A stretch of 64,000 nucleotides of DNA from Dehalococcoidia bacterium (GTDB taxonomy: Bacteria; Chloroflexota; Dehalococcoidia; UBA2979). Position 1 is the first letter of the stretch. Every line of letters begins with the position of its first letter. The translations under genes were made by a program, and so were the position numbers. The notes beneath the pieces are model-generated. The model made no database searches, was not told the DNA's origin, and saw only the letters and a program-made list of their open reading frames with translations. The stretch lies in NCBI GenBank assembly GCA_964291495.2, contig OZ219871.1:832001-896000 (forward strand), given 5' to 3'. This document shows positions 1 to 9,582 of the stretch, piece after piece.

Positions 1-1
1 G

Positions 2-1984
2 GTGCGATCGGCCTTCCTCACGGGCTACCAGTGGGTGCAGGCCGGGGAGACGTGGAAGGCGATCGCACTGGGGGCCGGCCTCACCCTGGCGCTCGCCGTG
101 GGCGGCTGGGCCTGGCAGCGCTGGAGCCGTGCCCGCAACCGGATCCACGACCCCCTCCTCGTCAAGGAGAAGGTCTCGCGCATCGCTTTCGACGCCGAGA
201 TCGAGGTCGTGGCCGTCCTGCCGGCGATGCAGCCGGAGGACGGACACAAGCGCGCGCAGGAGCTGCTGGACCCGGTAGCAGCCGCCTACCGCCACTACGA
301 CCACCCGGCGGGGGCGCGCTTCCGCGTGGGCAAGGTGCGTCCCGTGCTGCCGCAACCCTCGGCGCTGCACCCCTCCGGCCCCGGCCTGTTCGGGGCGCGC
401 AGCGTCCTCGGCGTGCGCGAGGTCGCCTGCCTCTGGCACCCGCCGGGCGCGCGGGACGAGACGCCGCTCGTGGAGCGCTCCGGCGCACGGGTGCTGCTCC
501 CCTCGGCGAGGGACGTGCGCGGCGGCGCGCTCGTGGGCGAGACGACGGCGGGCAGGCCGCGTCCGATCCGCTTCCCGGACGACCTGCTGCGCCGCCACCA
601 CCTCTACGTGGCGAGGACGCGCATGGGCAAGTCGACGCTCATGCGCCACCTCGTCGCTCACAAGCTCGAAGAGAAGGCGGAGGGCCGCGACGGCGATGCG
701 ATCGTCGTCGTCGACCCCCACGCCGACCTCGTGGGCGATCTGCTCGAGCTGGTGCCTCCCTCGCTCGCCGACCAGGTGCGGCTCGTCGACCTCGCCGCCC
801 CGGGCGGCTTCCCCGGCATCAACCTGCTCGACACCCGCGTCTTCGCCGACCGCGACCGCACGGCCGACTCGGTCGTACGCGTCGCGAAGGGCCTCTGGGA
901 GCAGTGGGGCCCGCGCATGCAGTCGATCCTCGAGCAGACGGTGAAGACCCTGCACGAGGCCAACGCCCACCCCGAGACGAGCGCGGAGGAGCAACACACC
1001 ATCCTCGACGGCCTGCCCCTGCTCTCCGACGACGGCTTCCGCGCGACCGTCCTCGAACGCGTCTCCGATCCGTTCCTGCTCGACTGGTGGGCCCGCGACT
1101 TCGGGGGCTGGCGGCGGGAGTACCGCGCCGAGGCGCTGGCTCCCGTGCAGACGCGCCTCTCCTACTACGCCTCCTCGAAGCGTGCGCGCGCCATCCTCGG
1201 CCAGCGCCGCTCCACCGTCGACGTACGCCGCACGATCCTCGACGGCGGCATCCTGCTGGTCTCGACCGCCCAGGGCACCGCCGGCCGTGATGTGGCCGCC
1301 CTCGTCGGGGCATCGCTCCTGAACCTCGTCGACGCCGTGATCCGCGAGCAGGGAGTCCTGCCGCCCGAGCGCCGCCGCGGCGCGCTCGTCGTCGTGGACG
1401 AGATGCAGTCGATGCCGGGCGTCGACTACGAGTCGATGCTGTCCGAGCTGGGGAAGTTCGGGGCGTCGTTCGTGCTCGCCACCCAGAGCCTCGACAAGCT
1501 CGACGACCTCTCGCGCACGATGCGCACCACCCTCCTCGCCAACGTCGGCTGCCTCGCCGTCTTCCAGGTGGCCGGCTCCGACGCGCGCCAGCTCGTCTGG
1601 GAGCTGGACCGCGACCGCATCTCCGAGGAGGACGTCGTCTCCCTCCCGGTCCACCACTGCTACGTGCGCGCGACCGTGGGGAGCGAGCGCATGCCCGCCT
1701 TCTCGATGAAGGTGCGCAAGCCCGAAGGCGGCGACCCGGACGTGGCCACCGCGATTCGCGCGCGCGCCTCGTCCTACCTCGTCACGGAGGCGGAGATCGT
1801 CGCCCGGCAGGAGGAGGGCCGCAGGCGCGTCGAGGAGTTCCGGGCGGGCGTCGAGGCCCTCCGCGAGGCCGGGACTCCGGAGCAGGGCAACGGAGGCCGC
1901 ACCTCCGGGAAGCGAGCGCGCAGGAAGCAGCGCAGCAAGCATGTCCGGCCGCCGGGAGAAGCCTCCGCTGAGGACGCCGGGTGA
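2..1984 (+). CDS. VirD4/TraG-like type IV coupling ATPase (probably 5'-partial)
   Basis: Walker A-like ARTRMGKST, VVVDPHADL, Walker B VVVDEMQ, LATQS motif; N-terminal TM segment. Confidence 0.75.
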   Translation: MRSAFLTGYQWVQAGETWKAIALGAGLTLALAVGGWAWQRWSRARNRIHDPLLVKEKVSRIAFDAEIEVVAVLPAMQPEDGHKRAQELLDPVAAAYRHYDHPAGARFRVGKVRPVLPQPSALHPSGPGLFGARSVLGVREVACLWHPPGARDETPLVERSGARVLLPSARDVRGGALVGETTAGRPRPIRFPDDLLRRHHLYVARTRMGKSTLMRHLVAHKLEEKAEGRDGDAIVVVDPHADLVGDLLELVPPSLADQVRLVDLAAPGGFPGINLLDTRVFADRDRTADSVVRVAKGLWEQWGPRMQSILEQTVKTLHEANAHPETSAEEQHTILDGLPLLSDDGFRATVLERVSDPFLLDWWARDFGGWRREYRAEALAPVQTRLSYYASSKRARAILGQRRSTVDVRRTILDGGILLVSTAQGTAGRDVAALVGASLLNLVDAVIREQGVLPPERRRGALVVVDEMQSMPGVDYESMLSELGKFGASFVLATQSLDKLDDLSRTMRTTLLANVGCLAVFQVAGSDARQLVWELDRDRISEEDVVSLPVHHCYVRATVGSERMPAFSMKVRKPEGGDPDVATAIRARASSYLVTEAEIVARQEEGRRRVEEFRAGVEALREAGTPEQGNGGRTSGKRARRKQRSKHVRPPGEASAEDAG

Positions 1985-3627
1985 GACCGGAGCACGACTG
2001 CCTGCGTCTCCTCGCTCACATGCCCCTCCTCGACCGCCTGGAGCTCGTGGCGGTCTCCGGCTGGTCGAGGGGCGCGGTCTACGGGAGCATCCGGGCGCTC
2101 GAGGAGGGAGGCCTCGTCGCCTCCCTGCCCCACGCCTCCGAGCTCGTCGCGCCGACGCGCCGCTACTGCCTCACCACGGCCGGGCTGCGCCGCCTCGCCA
2201 GCGAGGAGGACGTCGCCGTGCACGAGCTGCTCCGCTCGCGGCCCGTGTCCGCCCACTGGCGGCGCATTCTGCTGGAGCGGCTCGACGCCGTTGCGGCCAG
2301 CTATCGCCTCGCCGCCGCGATCGCCGACCTCCACTACCCGCTCCGCTTCCGCTGGTACCGGGCGATGCCCATGGACGCCTCGATCGCCCTCCCCGACGGG
2401 CGCACCCTCGCCGTCGTCAGGCAGGGCCACACGGCCGAACGCACGGCCTTCGCCAAGCGGCTCTGGCGCCTGCGGGACGGACCGCGGCCCGGCGCCTACC
2501 TCGTGCTCGCGCCCGACGAGATGCGTCTCCGGCACACGGCGCGACTCATGGCCGACGCTCCCGCCCCTGTCTTCCTCGCGCTCGAACGTGACGCCGTCTC
2601 TTCAGAGCCGGGGTCGCGTGTCTGGCGCACGGCGTCCGGGGCGCCGCTCCTTGAGCTCGACGAGGTGCTCCACCACGTCTTGGCCCACGGCGCCTGGCCG
2701 GAGGAGCAGCCGCCGTCGCGGGCCACCCTCCCAGAGGACCTCCGCGAGGTGGATGCAGGTGAGGCTCCCGGCCGGCTGCTCCCCGCCCGGCTCGGCTCGG
2801 CCTCGAAGCGCGCGCTCGACCTGATCGCCGACTGGCCCTGGATCTCGCCCGGCGACCTCGGTGGGCTGCTCGGCGTCTCCGGCGCACGGGTCTCGCAGCT
2901 CGTGCTGCCGCTCGAGGACATCGGTCTCGTGGTGCGTACTGTGGGCCGCCTCGTCCTCGGCGACCGCGGCCTCTCGATGCTCGCGCGGCGCGACCGGGCG
3001 TCGGTCGGCCTAGCGCGAAAGCGCTGGAGCGCCGCGCGGCTGCATCCTGACGCCCCACGCTCCTGGCGCAACCTGACCGGCAGGCGCACCCGGCAGCTCT
3101 TTCGCAACCTGGAACACACGGCGGCTGTCCACGGGTTCGTATCTGCCCTCGCGCGCCAGGCCCGTGACCTGGGCTGGGAGGTCGCGCAACTCGATCCGCC
3201 CCACCGGGCGACCCGGTATTTCCGCCACGACGGCTCTTTGCGCTCCGTTCACCCTGACGCCTTCGGCATGCTGAGACAGGGCGACACGGTCTGGCCGTTC
3301 TTCCTGGAGTGGGAGCGACGCGCCGTCCGGCCCGTCACGATGGCCGCCCGGCTCGCCCCGTACCTGCGCTACTACGCCTCACACCGGCCCAACGACGACC
3401 ATGGCGTCCGCCCCGCCGTGCTCGTGGTCTTCGACGATGAGCTGGCGGCATCCCGCTTTCTTCGCGTGGCGCGGGAGGGCATGGAGCACGCCCGGGTCGA
3501 GGTACCCCTGCTCGTTTCGCATCGCCGCCTGCTCCGGCATGAAGGGCCGCTGCGAGACTCTTGGTCTTGCTCAGCTGGCTCCAAGCCGACACACCCCTTC
3601 AGTCGAGCTCATCTTTCCTTGCTGTGA
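1981..3627 (+). CDS. Replication-relaxation (Replic_Relax) family protein
   Basis: LEHTAAVHGF...VHPDAFG...FFLEWER motifs; wHTH-like segments; GTGA overlap with the upstream ATPase. Confidence 0.7.
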   Translation: MRPEHDCLRLLAHMPLLDRLELVAVSGWSRGAVYGSIRALEEGGLVASLPHASELVAPTRRYCLTTAGLRRLASEEDVAVHELLRSRPVSAHWRRILLERLDAVAASYRLAAAIADLHYPLRFRWYRAMPMDASIALPDGRTLAVVRQGHTAERTAFAKRLWRLRDGPRPGAYLVLAPDEMRLRHTARLMADAPAPVFLALERDAVSSEPGSRVWRTASGAPLLELDEVLHHVLAHGAWPEEQPPSRATLPEDLREVDAGEAPGRLLPARLGSASKRALDLIADWPWISPGDLGGLLGVSGARVSQLVLPLEDIGLVVRTVGRLVLGDRGLSMLARRDRASVGLARKRWSAARLHPDAPRSWRNLTGRRTRQLFRNLEHTAAVHGFVSALARQARDLGWEVAQLDPPHRATRYFRHDGSLRSVHPDAFGMLRQGDTVWPFFLEWERRAVRPVTMAARLAPYLRYYASHRPNDDHGVRPAVLVVFDDELAASRFLRVAREGMEHARVEVPLLVSHRRLLRHEGPLRDSWSCSAGSKPTHPFSRAHLSLL

Positions 3628-3830
3628 CCGGGCTCCTGTCCGTTGGCCGTCTCCATCTCCTGGTTCCCGCCGTCCACTGGGTCTTGGGTGGCCGGCGTCC
3701 GCGACTTGGATGCCGACCCATCCTGGTAGAGGTCCGGGTTCGCGAGGGCGTGGCGCACGATGATGCGTGCGAGAGTGCGAAGGCCCTCGATGCGGATCCG
3801 CTCCTGCTCGTCTGTCAGCCGTTGCCTCAT
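3609..3830 (-). CDS. Small hypothetical protein
   Basis: AGGAG RBS, ATG overlapping the ImmA-like stop; helical charged N-terminus. Confidence 0.55.
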   Translation of the reverse strand: MRQRLTDEQERIRIEGLRTLARIIVRHALANPDLYQDGSASKSRTPATQDPVDGGNQEMETANGQEPGHSKER

Positions 3831-4312
3831 AGTCCAGCTCCTGAACGAGGGGTTTCAGTTTCGCTCTCTACGGTGACGTCTGCAGGAGGTTGCAGGCGAA
3901 GCGGATCGAGTTGGACCAACTCGTCGGGGACTCCGAAGTGCTCGGCCATCTCCCACGATTGAACAAGGCCTTCCGCCTCCGCTTCCTGCTCGTCGATGAG
4001 CAGTCCGTGAGCGAAGTCCTCCGCCTCCCGTTCATAGCGCCGTGCGAGATCCGTGTGGGCGCGCAGCCAGAGGTGATTGCCGGGATGGAGTAGCTGGTGC
4101 CCGATGGCGTGGGCGATCACCCATCGCCGCCACTCCGGGCTGAGCCGCTCCGCGACCACGACGATGCCGTCGATCTGCAGCTCCTTGAGGACGTCGAGTG
4201 GCCAGGGGATTACCTCAAGCCCCAGGGCGACGGCAACCGCTTCGGCGTCCACGCGGCCGAGCAGACCCAGCTCCCGCCGCAAGGTCGAGGCCCGTTGTCG
4301 CGCCCGGTTCAA
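3827..4312 (-). CDS. ImmA/IrrE family metallopeptidase-like protein (HAxxH variant)
   Basis: RRWVIAHAIGHQLLH and EREAEDFA..LLI motifs; GGAGG RBS before TTG. Confidence 0.8.
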   Translation of the reverse strand: MNRARQRASTLRRELGLLGRVDAEAVAVALGLEVIPWPLDVLKELQIDGIVVVAERLSPEWRRWVIAHAIGHQLLHPGNHLWLRAHTDLARRYEREAEDFAHGLLIDEQEAEAEGLVQSWEMAEHFGVPDELVQLDPLRLQPPADVTVESETETPRSGAGL

Positions 4313-4408
4313 ACCTGACCTCCCTCAGTCCGTTCGATGAGCCGGCCGGGCTGGGAGGGCAATCACGTCCTGGAGACTGGGGCCCAACCTACAACCGACG
4401 CTGATTGG

Positions 4409-7400
4409 CTACTCGCCTGGACCGGAAATCGTGAACTCCAGCCGGTCGGAGAGCTTCCCGCCGGATCCCGTGCAGACCGCGCCCCGCACGCCGCAGTCCG
4501 TCGCGGCGGGCAGCACGATGGTCACATCGCCAGTACCGTCCGGCGTTACGGTTATCTGCCAGTGAATGTTGCGGGTGGCGCTGTGACGATCCATGCGCCG
4601 CACCTCCGTTACCTGCCCACCCGTCACTGTGAGTGCATCGTCCCTCAACGTGAGGTAGCTGAGGCCCGCGATATGCTCGCTGAACCGCAGCTCGAAGGTG
4701 AACGCCGTCTGGCCGTCGTGGCTCTGCGGCGGGTTCTCCAGGCGGGCGGTCAGGTGTTCCGCGGCCGCCACCGTGAAGGAGACTTCGAGTGTTCCGAGTA
4801 CGTTGCCGCCGAGAGCCCGCCCCGAGTAGGCCGTCGCCCGGAGGAAGTAGCTGCCGACCGGCAGGGGCTGGCCGTTCAGCCCGCCCTCGCTGTCCCCGTA
4901 GAGCGAATAGGGAGCGTAGTTCTCCGTCTGCGAGACCGTCTTGGCACCGGAGAGCTCCAGCCGGACGCTCCCTACGCGTACGCGGTAGTCGGTCTCCACC
5001 CGGATGCCAAAGGCGCCGTTGTCGGGGTCGCTCAGCCTCAGCGCGGCCCCGCCAGTGAGGGCTCCCAGCACCTGCTGGTTCGCGGCGTTCACCACCGTGA
5101 AACCGGTCAGAGGGTCAGGCGGCGTCACCGCCGCCGTCATGTCGCTGGTGAGCTTTTCGTCGAAGTTGTTGTTGTCGAGGAAGGAGACCTCCACCCCGAT
5201 CCTGCTGCCCCTGTCGGCGTCCCGCAGGGTGTAGCTGGAAGCGGTCGCTCTGTAGATGCGACGCTCGGTCCCCCCATTGCTGCGGATCCACTGGTACTTG
5301 AGGAGGGCTCCGTCCATGCCGTTGGCGTCGGCGATGCCTGACACGTCAGCCGTCAGCGTCTCGCCGGTCTCGACCGTACCGCTGATCGTGGGCTTGCCCG
5401 TGGCCGGGGTATTCTGGACGGACTCTCCTAGGACCAGGCTCACCTCCACCTCGTCTCCGTGCGTCCACCCCAGGCCGGGATCCGCCCACCGGAACCGGTA
5501 GGGTGACTCGTTGACCCTCTCTGCCGAGGCTTCACCTGAGGCAAACTCTTCGTCGCCCACCCGCAACACGAAGGCGTAGTCGAACATCTTGGACATGCCG
5601 AAGTTCAGTTCGCTGTCCATGAGCAGGACGTAGTAGACCGTGTGGGTCGCTCCGTCCACCTCAAACCTAGTTTCCGACAGGGCGCCCAGTGTCGGTTGGC
5701 CGAACAACGTGTAGCCGCTTGCGCTGCGTCTGGTCTCCACGGTCAGCGTCGCCGTCCATGCCGCCGCTGGGCCCGACTCAGGTGCCGCCGAGACCTCGGC
5801 CGACGGCGAACCCTCGCCCACATCGTTGACGGCAATGACCCGCACCGCGTATTCCACCCCGCCCGTCAGCCCGCTGAGGGTGTGGGCAGGGCCGGTGGCG
5901 GTCTCCTCGGAAACGTCCGGCAGGGTGTCCCAGCTGCCCGAGGCATCCTTCCACTGCACCCTGTAGTGGGTGATGTCGGAGCCACCGTCGCTTACGGGCG
6001 CGTGCCAGGACAGATCCAGGGCCCCCGCATCGTGCGGAGACGCTTTCAGGTGTTGCGGCGCCCCCGGTACGGTGGCTGCAACCGCAGTAGTGGACGCACT
6101 CGTCAGGGATTCCTCGTTGTCGGCACCGTCTCTAAAACTCACCCGCACCTTGATGGTCTTGCCCGCATCGTCGTCGGACAGCACATACGTTGAGTCCGTC
6201 GCGCCACTGATGTCCACGTCGGTGTTCCCGTGGTTGGCAATCCACTGGTAGATAAAGGTGGCGTTGTCCAGCCCGTCGGCGTCGGCGATGCCTGACACGT
6301 CAGCCGTCAGCGTCTCGCCGGTCTCGACCGTACCGCTGATCGTGGGCTTGCCCGTGGCCGGGGCGTTGGGAGCTTCCGCAGCAATAGTCGCAAACCGTGC
6401 GATACGTGCCGAAATCGTCTGGCCGTCCTCCCAATCGACATCGACATCCTCCCAGGTAAAGTTGCTATCTCCTGGGTCTAGTTCCACCACTAAGTCTCCA
6501 ACTTGGAGGGTCAGATCCGCCGTGCCTGGAACGCCCTCAGAAAACGCTAAGCGTAGCTGGCGCTCCGGGGTGTAGTACCACAGCCACTTTGCCTGGAGGA
6601 CAGAACTGCCGCCGATATTCGAGAAGAGATCGGCGCGGACTGCGCCAATGGCACCATTGCCGAGGTCCACCACGGACATATCCGCCGACCACACCGGAAT
6701 TTCTCCCTTAACTGCCGCCGTTGATGCGCTGGATAAGGACTCCTTATTGCCACGGTCGTCAGTGAAGTTGACCCGAACTCTGATGGTCCTGCCTTCGTCG
6801 CCGGGTTCCAAGGGGTAGGTCGATCCCACGGCGTCTTGGATGTCCGTGTCCCCGGTTCCGTCGTTTTGAATCCACTGGTATTCGAAGATGGTGTCGGCGA
6901 GGCCATCGGGATCGGCGATCTCAGACGTGTCCACCGTCAGCGTCTCGCCAACCCTTGGGGTTCCGCTAATGATGGGTTCGCCGCTCGCAGGACCGTTATC
7001 AAAGCGCGAATCTTCGGTGAAGACCCAAGGTCGGGCCTGTTTGATCGAGAGAACATCCTCGCTCGTGATTTTGAACTCAATCTCGATGGCGAACAGATCA
7101 TCGGCTTCGATCCCGTAGAGTTCCGCGAGTTCGTCGTGGATCACTTCGAGGTGGCTGCGCAACTGAACCATTTGGGCATCGCTCATCAGGAGTTGCCCTC
7201 GCGCCACCTGATTGGAGGTCGCAAGAACTTCATACGTACCGGACCCGTGTAACAGAATCTCCTCGGGTATCGAGCGTGCCTCCGGGTTGGTCACCAAGTC
7301 CTCGCCGAGCTGCGTGTTGACGTAGTAGGCCCCATCTGTGCCACGTATAGGGTCGAAGCTGACGGCGACGCCATTGGCCCGCTCGTCGGAGAAGTTGGGA

Positions 7401-9385
7401 TGTACTAGCACTCCCATCGCCGTGATCATGTGGTCGATGCGGTGGAACTCACGCTCGGTGAAGGCCCGGAAGTTCCAGAGGCTGGCGTACACCTGCTTGA
7501 GGGACTTGTCGATGCCTTCTTCCGCGGTCTCATCCGGCTTCTGGGTCTTGGAGTCGTACAGCCCCGCGCCGCTGAATCCGGGAAGGTCCTCGTTGTTCGT
7601 GCTCGACCGGTAGCGCAGCGACTGACCTTCCGGGTAGGTGGCGTGCATCTCCTCCAGTGCTTCGACGATCCACACCGGCGTCTCACCGTTCTTGATCTTC
7701 TTGCGGAGCTTCTTGAGCTCCGACGCCTGGGTGTCGTAGTCAGACTGGAAATTAGGGTCAACCAGCATCTCTTCGATGTCGTCGTAGAACCCGTTGTGCT
7801 TCATGAACTCGTCGTAGAAATAGAACGGCACGGCGAACCCATCCGGGACGGTACCCTCAGGGAAGCCGAGTGTGCGGAGAACGGCCATATTCGCCGCCTT
7901 GACGCCGAAGGCGTCCCAATCGTCGAATGCAACGTCGTTGAGGGCGGTGATCTGTGTGACCGTCAGATCCCGCTCCGGCGTCTGGGGCTCTGATGGACGG
8001 GAACCGGCATAGTGAGCATCGACCTCTTCCGGTGTTGCCGCGCGGATTGTGTAGCCCGACTCGTCCACTGTGTAGTGGACATAGCTGCCGATGAGATCAC
8101 CAATGTCGTGATCGTGGAGGGCGTCGCGGATGAAGGCGTTGGGGGCGCCGTCTTGCACCGCCCGCAGGTTAACGTGCGACAGCGGGGTTTGAGGCACGGT
8201 CGTTATGATGCCCGCGACGCGCGATAGCTCGTTAGGCAAGGTCTCGTAGATCACGATGTCGCGAGGGTTTGGCCTTTCCTCCAGGGTCATTAGCCGTAAT
8301 GCGCCGTACCCTTGGCCCCGATTGAGCAAGACGAAGTCGACATCGGGGAGGATGTCGTCCTCGGCCAGCACAGTGACTCGGGAATCCTTGTAGAGCGCCT
8401 CTTCTTCTTTATACAGCTGCAGCGCTCGTCCTGGCAGTGGGTAATAGGAAAGGTTGTTCTCGATCAGCGGCATGCTAGCCGCTAAGAGCTCGTACGAGTG
8501 GCTAACATCCGCGAAGTGGACGGCGCTCACGGGCTCGAATTCGAATCGGTATACGCCAAGCGAACCATCAGGGGCAACGATATTGGGATGAAATACGATC
8601 ACTCCCCTCAACGTCCCTTGAAACCGATGCCAGCGAGGGTCGCTCCAAAGGTCGGTGGCTGACTCGAACTGGAAATGTGCTCGGTGTGTCTCAGTGTTTT
8701 GGAAATAGATACCAGGATGGTTGGTGTCCATCCCGAACAGCACGAACTTCACGAACTCTAGACCGACTAGATGCGTGTCAATTGACACGGCTGCGCCCTT
8801 GTAAGAGAGCCCTTCAAACGTCTCTCGGTCAGGTATGGCTAGAGCGCCATTGGCAAATGAGATGACTGGGGCCGGGTTCAGCGGGTTTCTCCCTACCCTA
8901 TCCTGGAGTTCGGTGATGTCGTCGATGCAGTCGCCGTCGAGGTCCGCTGGCTCGGCGACCAGATGCCTCTCTATCCGGTAATGCTCCTTGGGCAGTGCTT
9001 CGAGTTCCTCCGTCAGCGTGGTCGTTCCCGCTTGGCCCAGCGTCACCGAAACCGCAATTTCCCGAGGGGAATCCAGATCAGGTCGTACAAAGAGCGCGAA
9101 GTACTGCTCGGTGGTGGACTCGACGACGATAGGAACGTCCTCAACCTCGACCTCCGTTGGCGTCGGCGCTGGGTTCGTTCCAGGGCACGCATCCTCCTCT
9201 GCGGGTTGCTGGGCGGAAGCAGTGGACCTAGGTAGGAGCAATTCTGGGTGGGAGACGGCCGCTACAGTGGCAGCGAGCACGACCAGACCGAACAATTGGA
9301 GCGCCTGCCGCCGGATCGACTTCCTCGGGTTCCGAGTCCCAAAGCGTCGATAAATGGAGTTATCCACGCTATAACTTCCCGGCAC
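4409..9385 (-). CDS. Large exported protein: signal peptide, PEP/pyruvate-binding (PPDK N-terminal) domain, Ig-like repeats and Fn3; true start probably supplied by DNA inversion
   Basis: GVKAAN, RSSTNNEDLPGFSGAGLYDS and IKQARP motifs; three PA(T/S)G(K/E)PxISGT repeats; Fn3 (PGAP..L.W..P..DGGS.IT.Y.VQW); no RBS before GTG 9385. Confidence 0.8.
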   Translation of the reverse strand: MPGSYSVDNSIYRRFGTRNPRKSIRRQALQLFGLVVLAATVAAVSHPELLLPRSTASAQQPAEEDACPGTNPAPTPTEVEVEDVPIVVESTTEQYFALFVRPDLDSPREIAVSVTLGQAGTTTLTEELEALPKEHYRIERHLVAEPADLDGDCIDDITELQDRVGRNPLNPAPVISFANGALAIPDRETFEGLSYKGAAVSIDTHLVGLEFVKFVLFGMDTNHPGIYFQNTETHRAHFQFESATDLWSDPRWHRFQGTLRGVIVFHPNIVAPDGSLGVYRFEFEPVSAVHFADVSHSYELLAASMPLIENNLSYYPLPGRALQLYKEEEALYKDSRVTVLAEDDILPDVDFVLLNRGQGYGALRLMTLEERPNPRDIVIYETLPNELSRVAGIITTVPQTPLSHVNLRAVQDGAPNAFIRDALHDHDIGDLIGSYVHYTVDESGYTIRAATPEEVDAHYAGSRPSEPQTPERDLTVTQITALNDVAFDDWDAFGVKAANMAVLRTLGFPEGTVPDGFAVPFYFYDEFMKHNGFYDDIEEMLVDPNFQSDYDTQASELKKLRKKIKNGETPVWIVEALEEMHATYPEGQSLRYRSSTNNEDLPGFSGAGLYDSKTQKPDETAEEGIDKSLKQVYASLWNFRAFTEREFHRIDHMITAMGVLVHPNFSDERANGVAVSFDPIRGTDGAYYVNTQLGEDLVTNPEARSIPEEILLHGSGTYEVLATSNQVARGQLLMSDAQMVQLRSHLEVIHDELAELYGIEADDLFAIEIEFKITSEDVLSIKQARPWVFTEDSRFDNGPASGEPIISGTPRVGETLTVDTSEIADPDGLADTIFEYQWIQNDGTGDTDIQDAVGSTYPLEPGDEGRTIRVRVNFTDDRGNKESLSSASTAAVKGEIPVWSADMSVVDLGNGAIGAVRADLFSNIGGSSVLQAKWLWYYTPERQLRLAFSEGVPGTADLTLQVGDLVVELDPGDSNFTWEDVDVDWEDGQTISARIARFATIAAEAPNAPATGKPTISGTVETGETLTADVSGIADADGLDNATFIYQWIANHGNTDVDISGATDSTYVLSDDDAGKTIKVRVSFRDGADNEESLTSASTTAVAATVPGAPQHLKASPHDAGALDLSWHAPVSDGGSDITHYRVQWKDASGSWDTLPDVSEETATGPAHTLSGLTGGVEYAVRVIAVNDVGEGSPSAEVSAAPESGPAAAWTATLTVETRRSASGYTLFGQPTLGALSETRFEVDGATHTVYYVLLMDSELNFGMSKMFDYAFVLRVGDEEFASGEASAERVNESPYRFRWADPGLGWTHGDEVEVSLVLGESVQNTPATGKPTISGTVETGETLTADVSGIADANGMDGALLKYQWIRSNGGTERRIYRATASSYTLRDADRGSRIGVEVSFLDNNNFDEKLTSDMTAAVTPPDPLTGFTVVNAANQQVLGALTGGAALRLSDPDNGAFGIRVETDYRVRVGSVRLELSGAKTVSQTENYAPYSLYGDSEGGLNGQPLPVGSYFLRATAYSGRALGGNVLGTLEVSFTVAAAEHLTARLENPPQSHDGQTAFTFELRFSEHIAGLSYLTLRDDALTVTGGQVTEVRRMDRHSATRNIHWQITVTPDGTGDVTIVLPAATDCGVRGAVCTGSGGKLSDRLEFTISGPGE
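5324..5409. repeat. 86-bp exact direct repeat, copy 1 (copy 2 at 6278-6363)
   Basis: Identical ggcgtcggcgatgcctgac...cccgtggccgggg in two repeat domains of the large protein. Confidence 0.9.
6278..6363. repeat. 86-bp exact direct repeat, copy 2
   Basis: Identical to 5324-5409. Confidence 0.9.
9343..9370. promoter_or_regulatory. Putative tyrosine recombinase site, left (11-6-11)
   Basis: AGCGTCGATAA-ATGGAG-TTATCCACGCT: inverted 11-bp arms (1 mismatch) around an asymmetric 6-bp spacer. Confidence 0.8.
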
Positions 9386-9582
9386 TGACGAATAGAAAGC
9401 GGCACCCGCCGGGAGGGACTACGATTGTCGAAGGCCACACTCACGGGGCTTCGTGCCCGCACGACCATCGCCAGCTTCCAAGCGCCGACCACGACTCACA
9501 CCGGGCTTGCCCGCTCGTCCTGGGCCTCGCACCTGGCCTGGATGCCGCCTGGGAGGCTCCCGCTGCTCGGGAAGAAGCGGCC

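Noticed and set aside
4313-4408. Third recombination site downstream of the large gene (integron or shufflon model)
   Set aside because: No ATAA-N6-TTAT match found here or noticed elsewhere in the window, so a simple two-site inversion is preferred
9343-9370. Chromosomal dif site
   Set aside because: The 11-6-11 geometry is dif-like, but the arms are near-symmetric and the site is paired around a dedicated recombinase inside a mobile element; a role for host XerCD is not excluded
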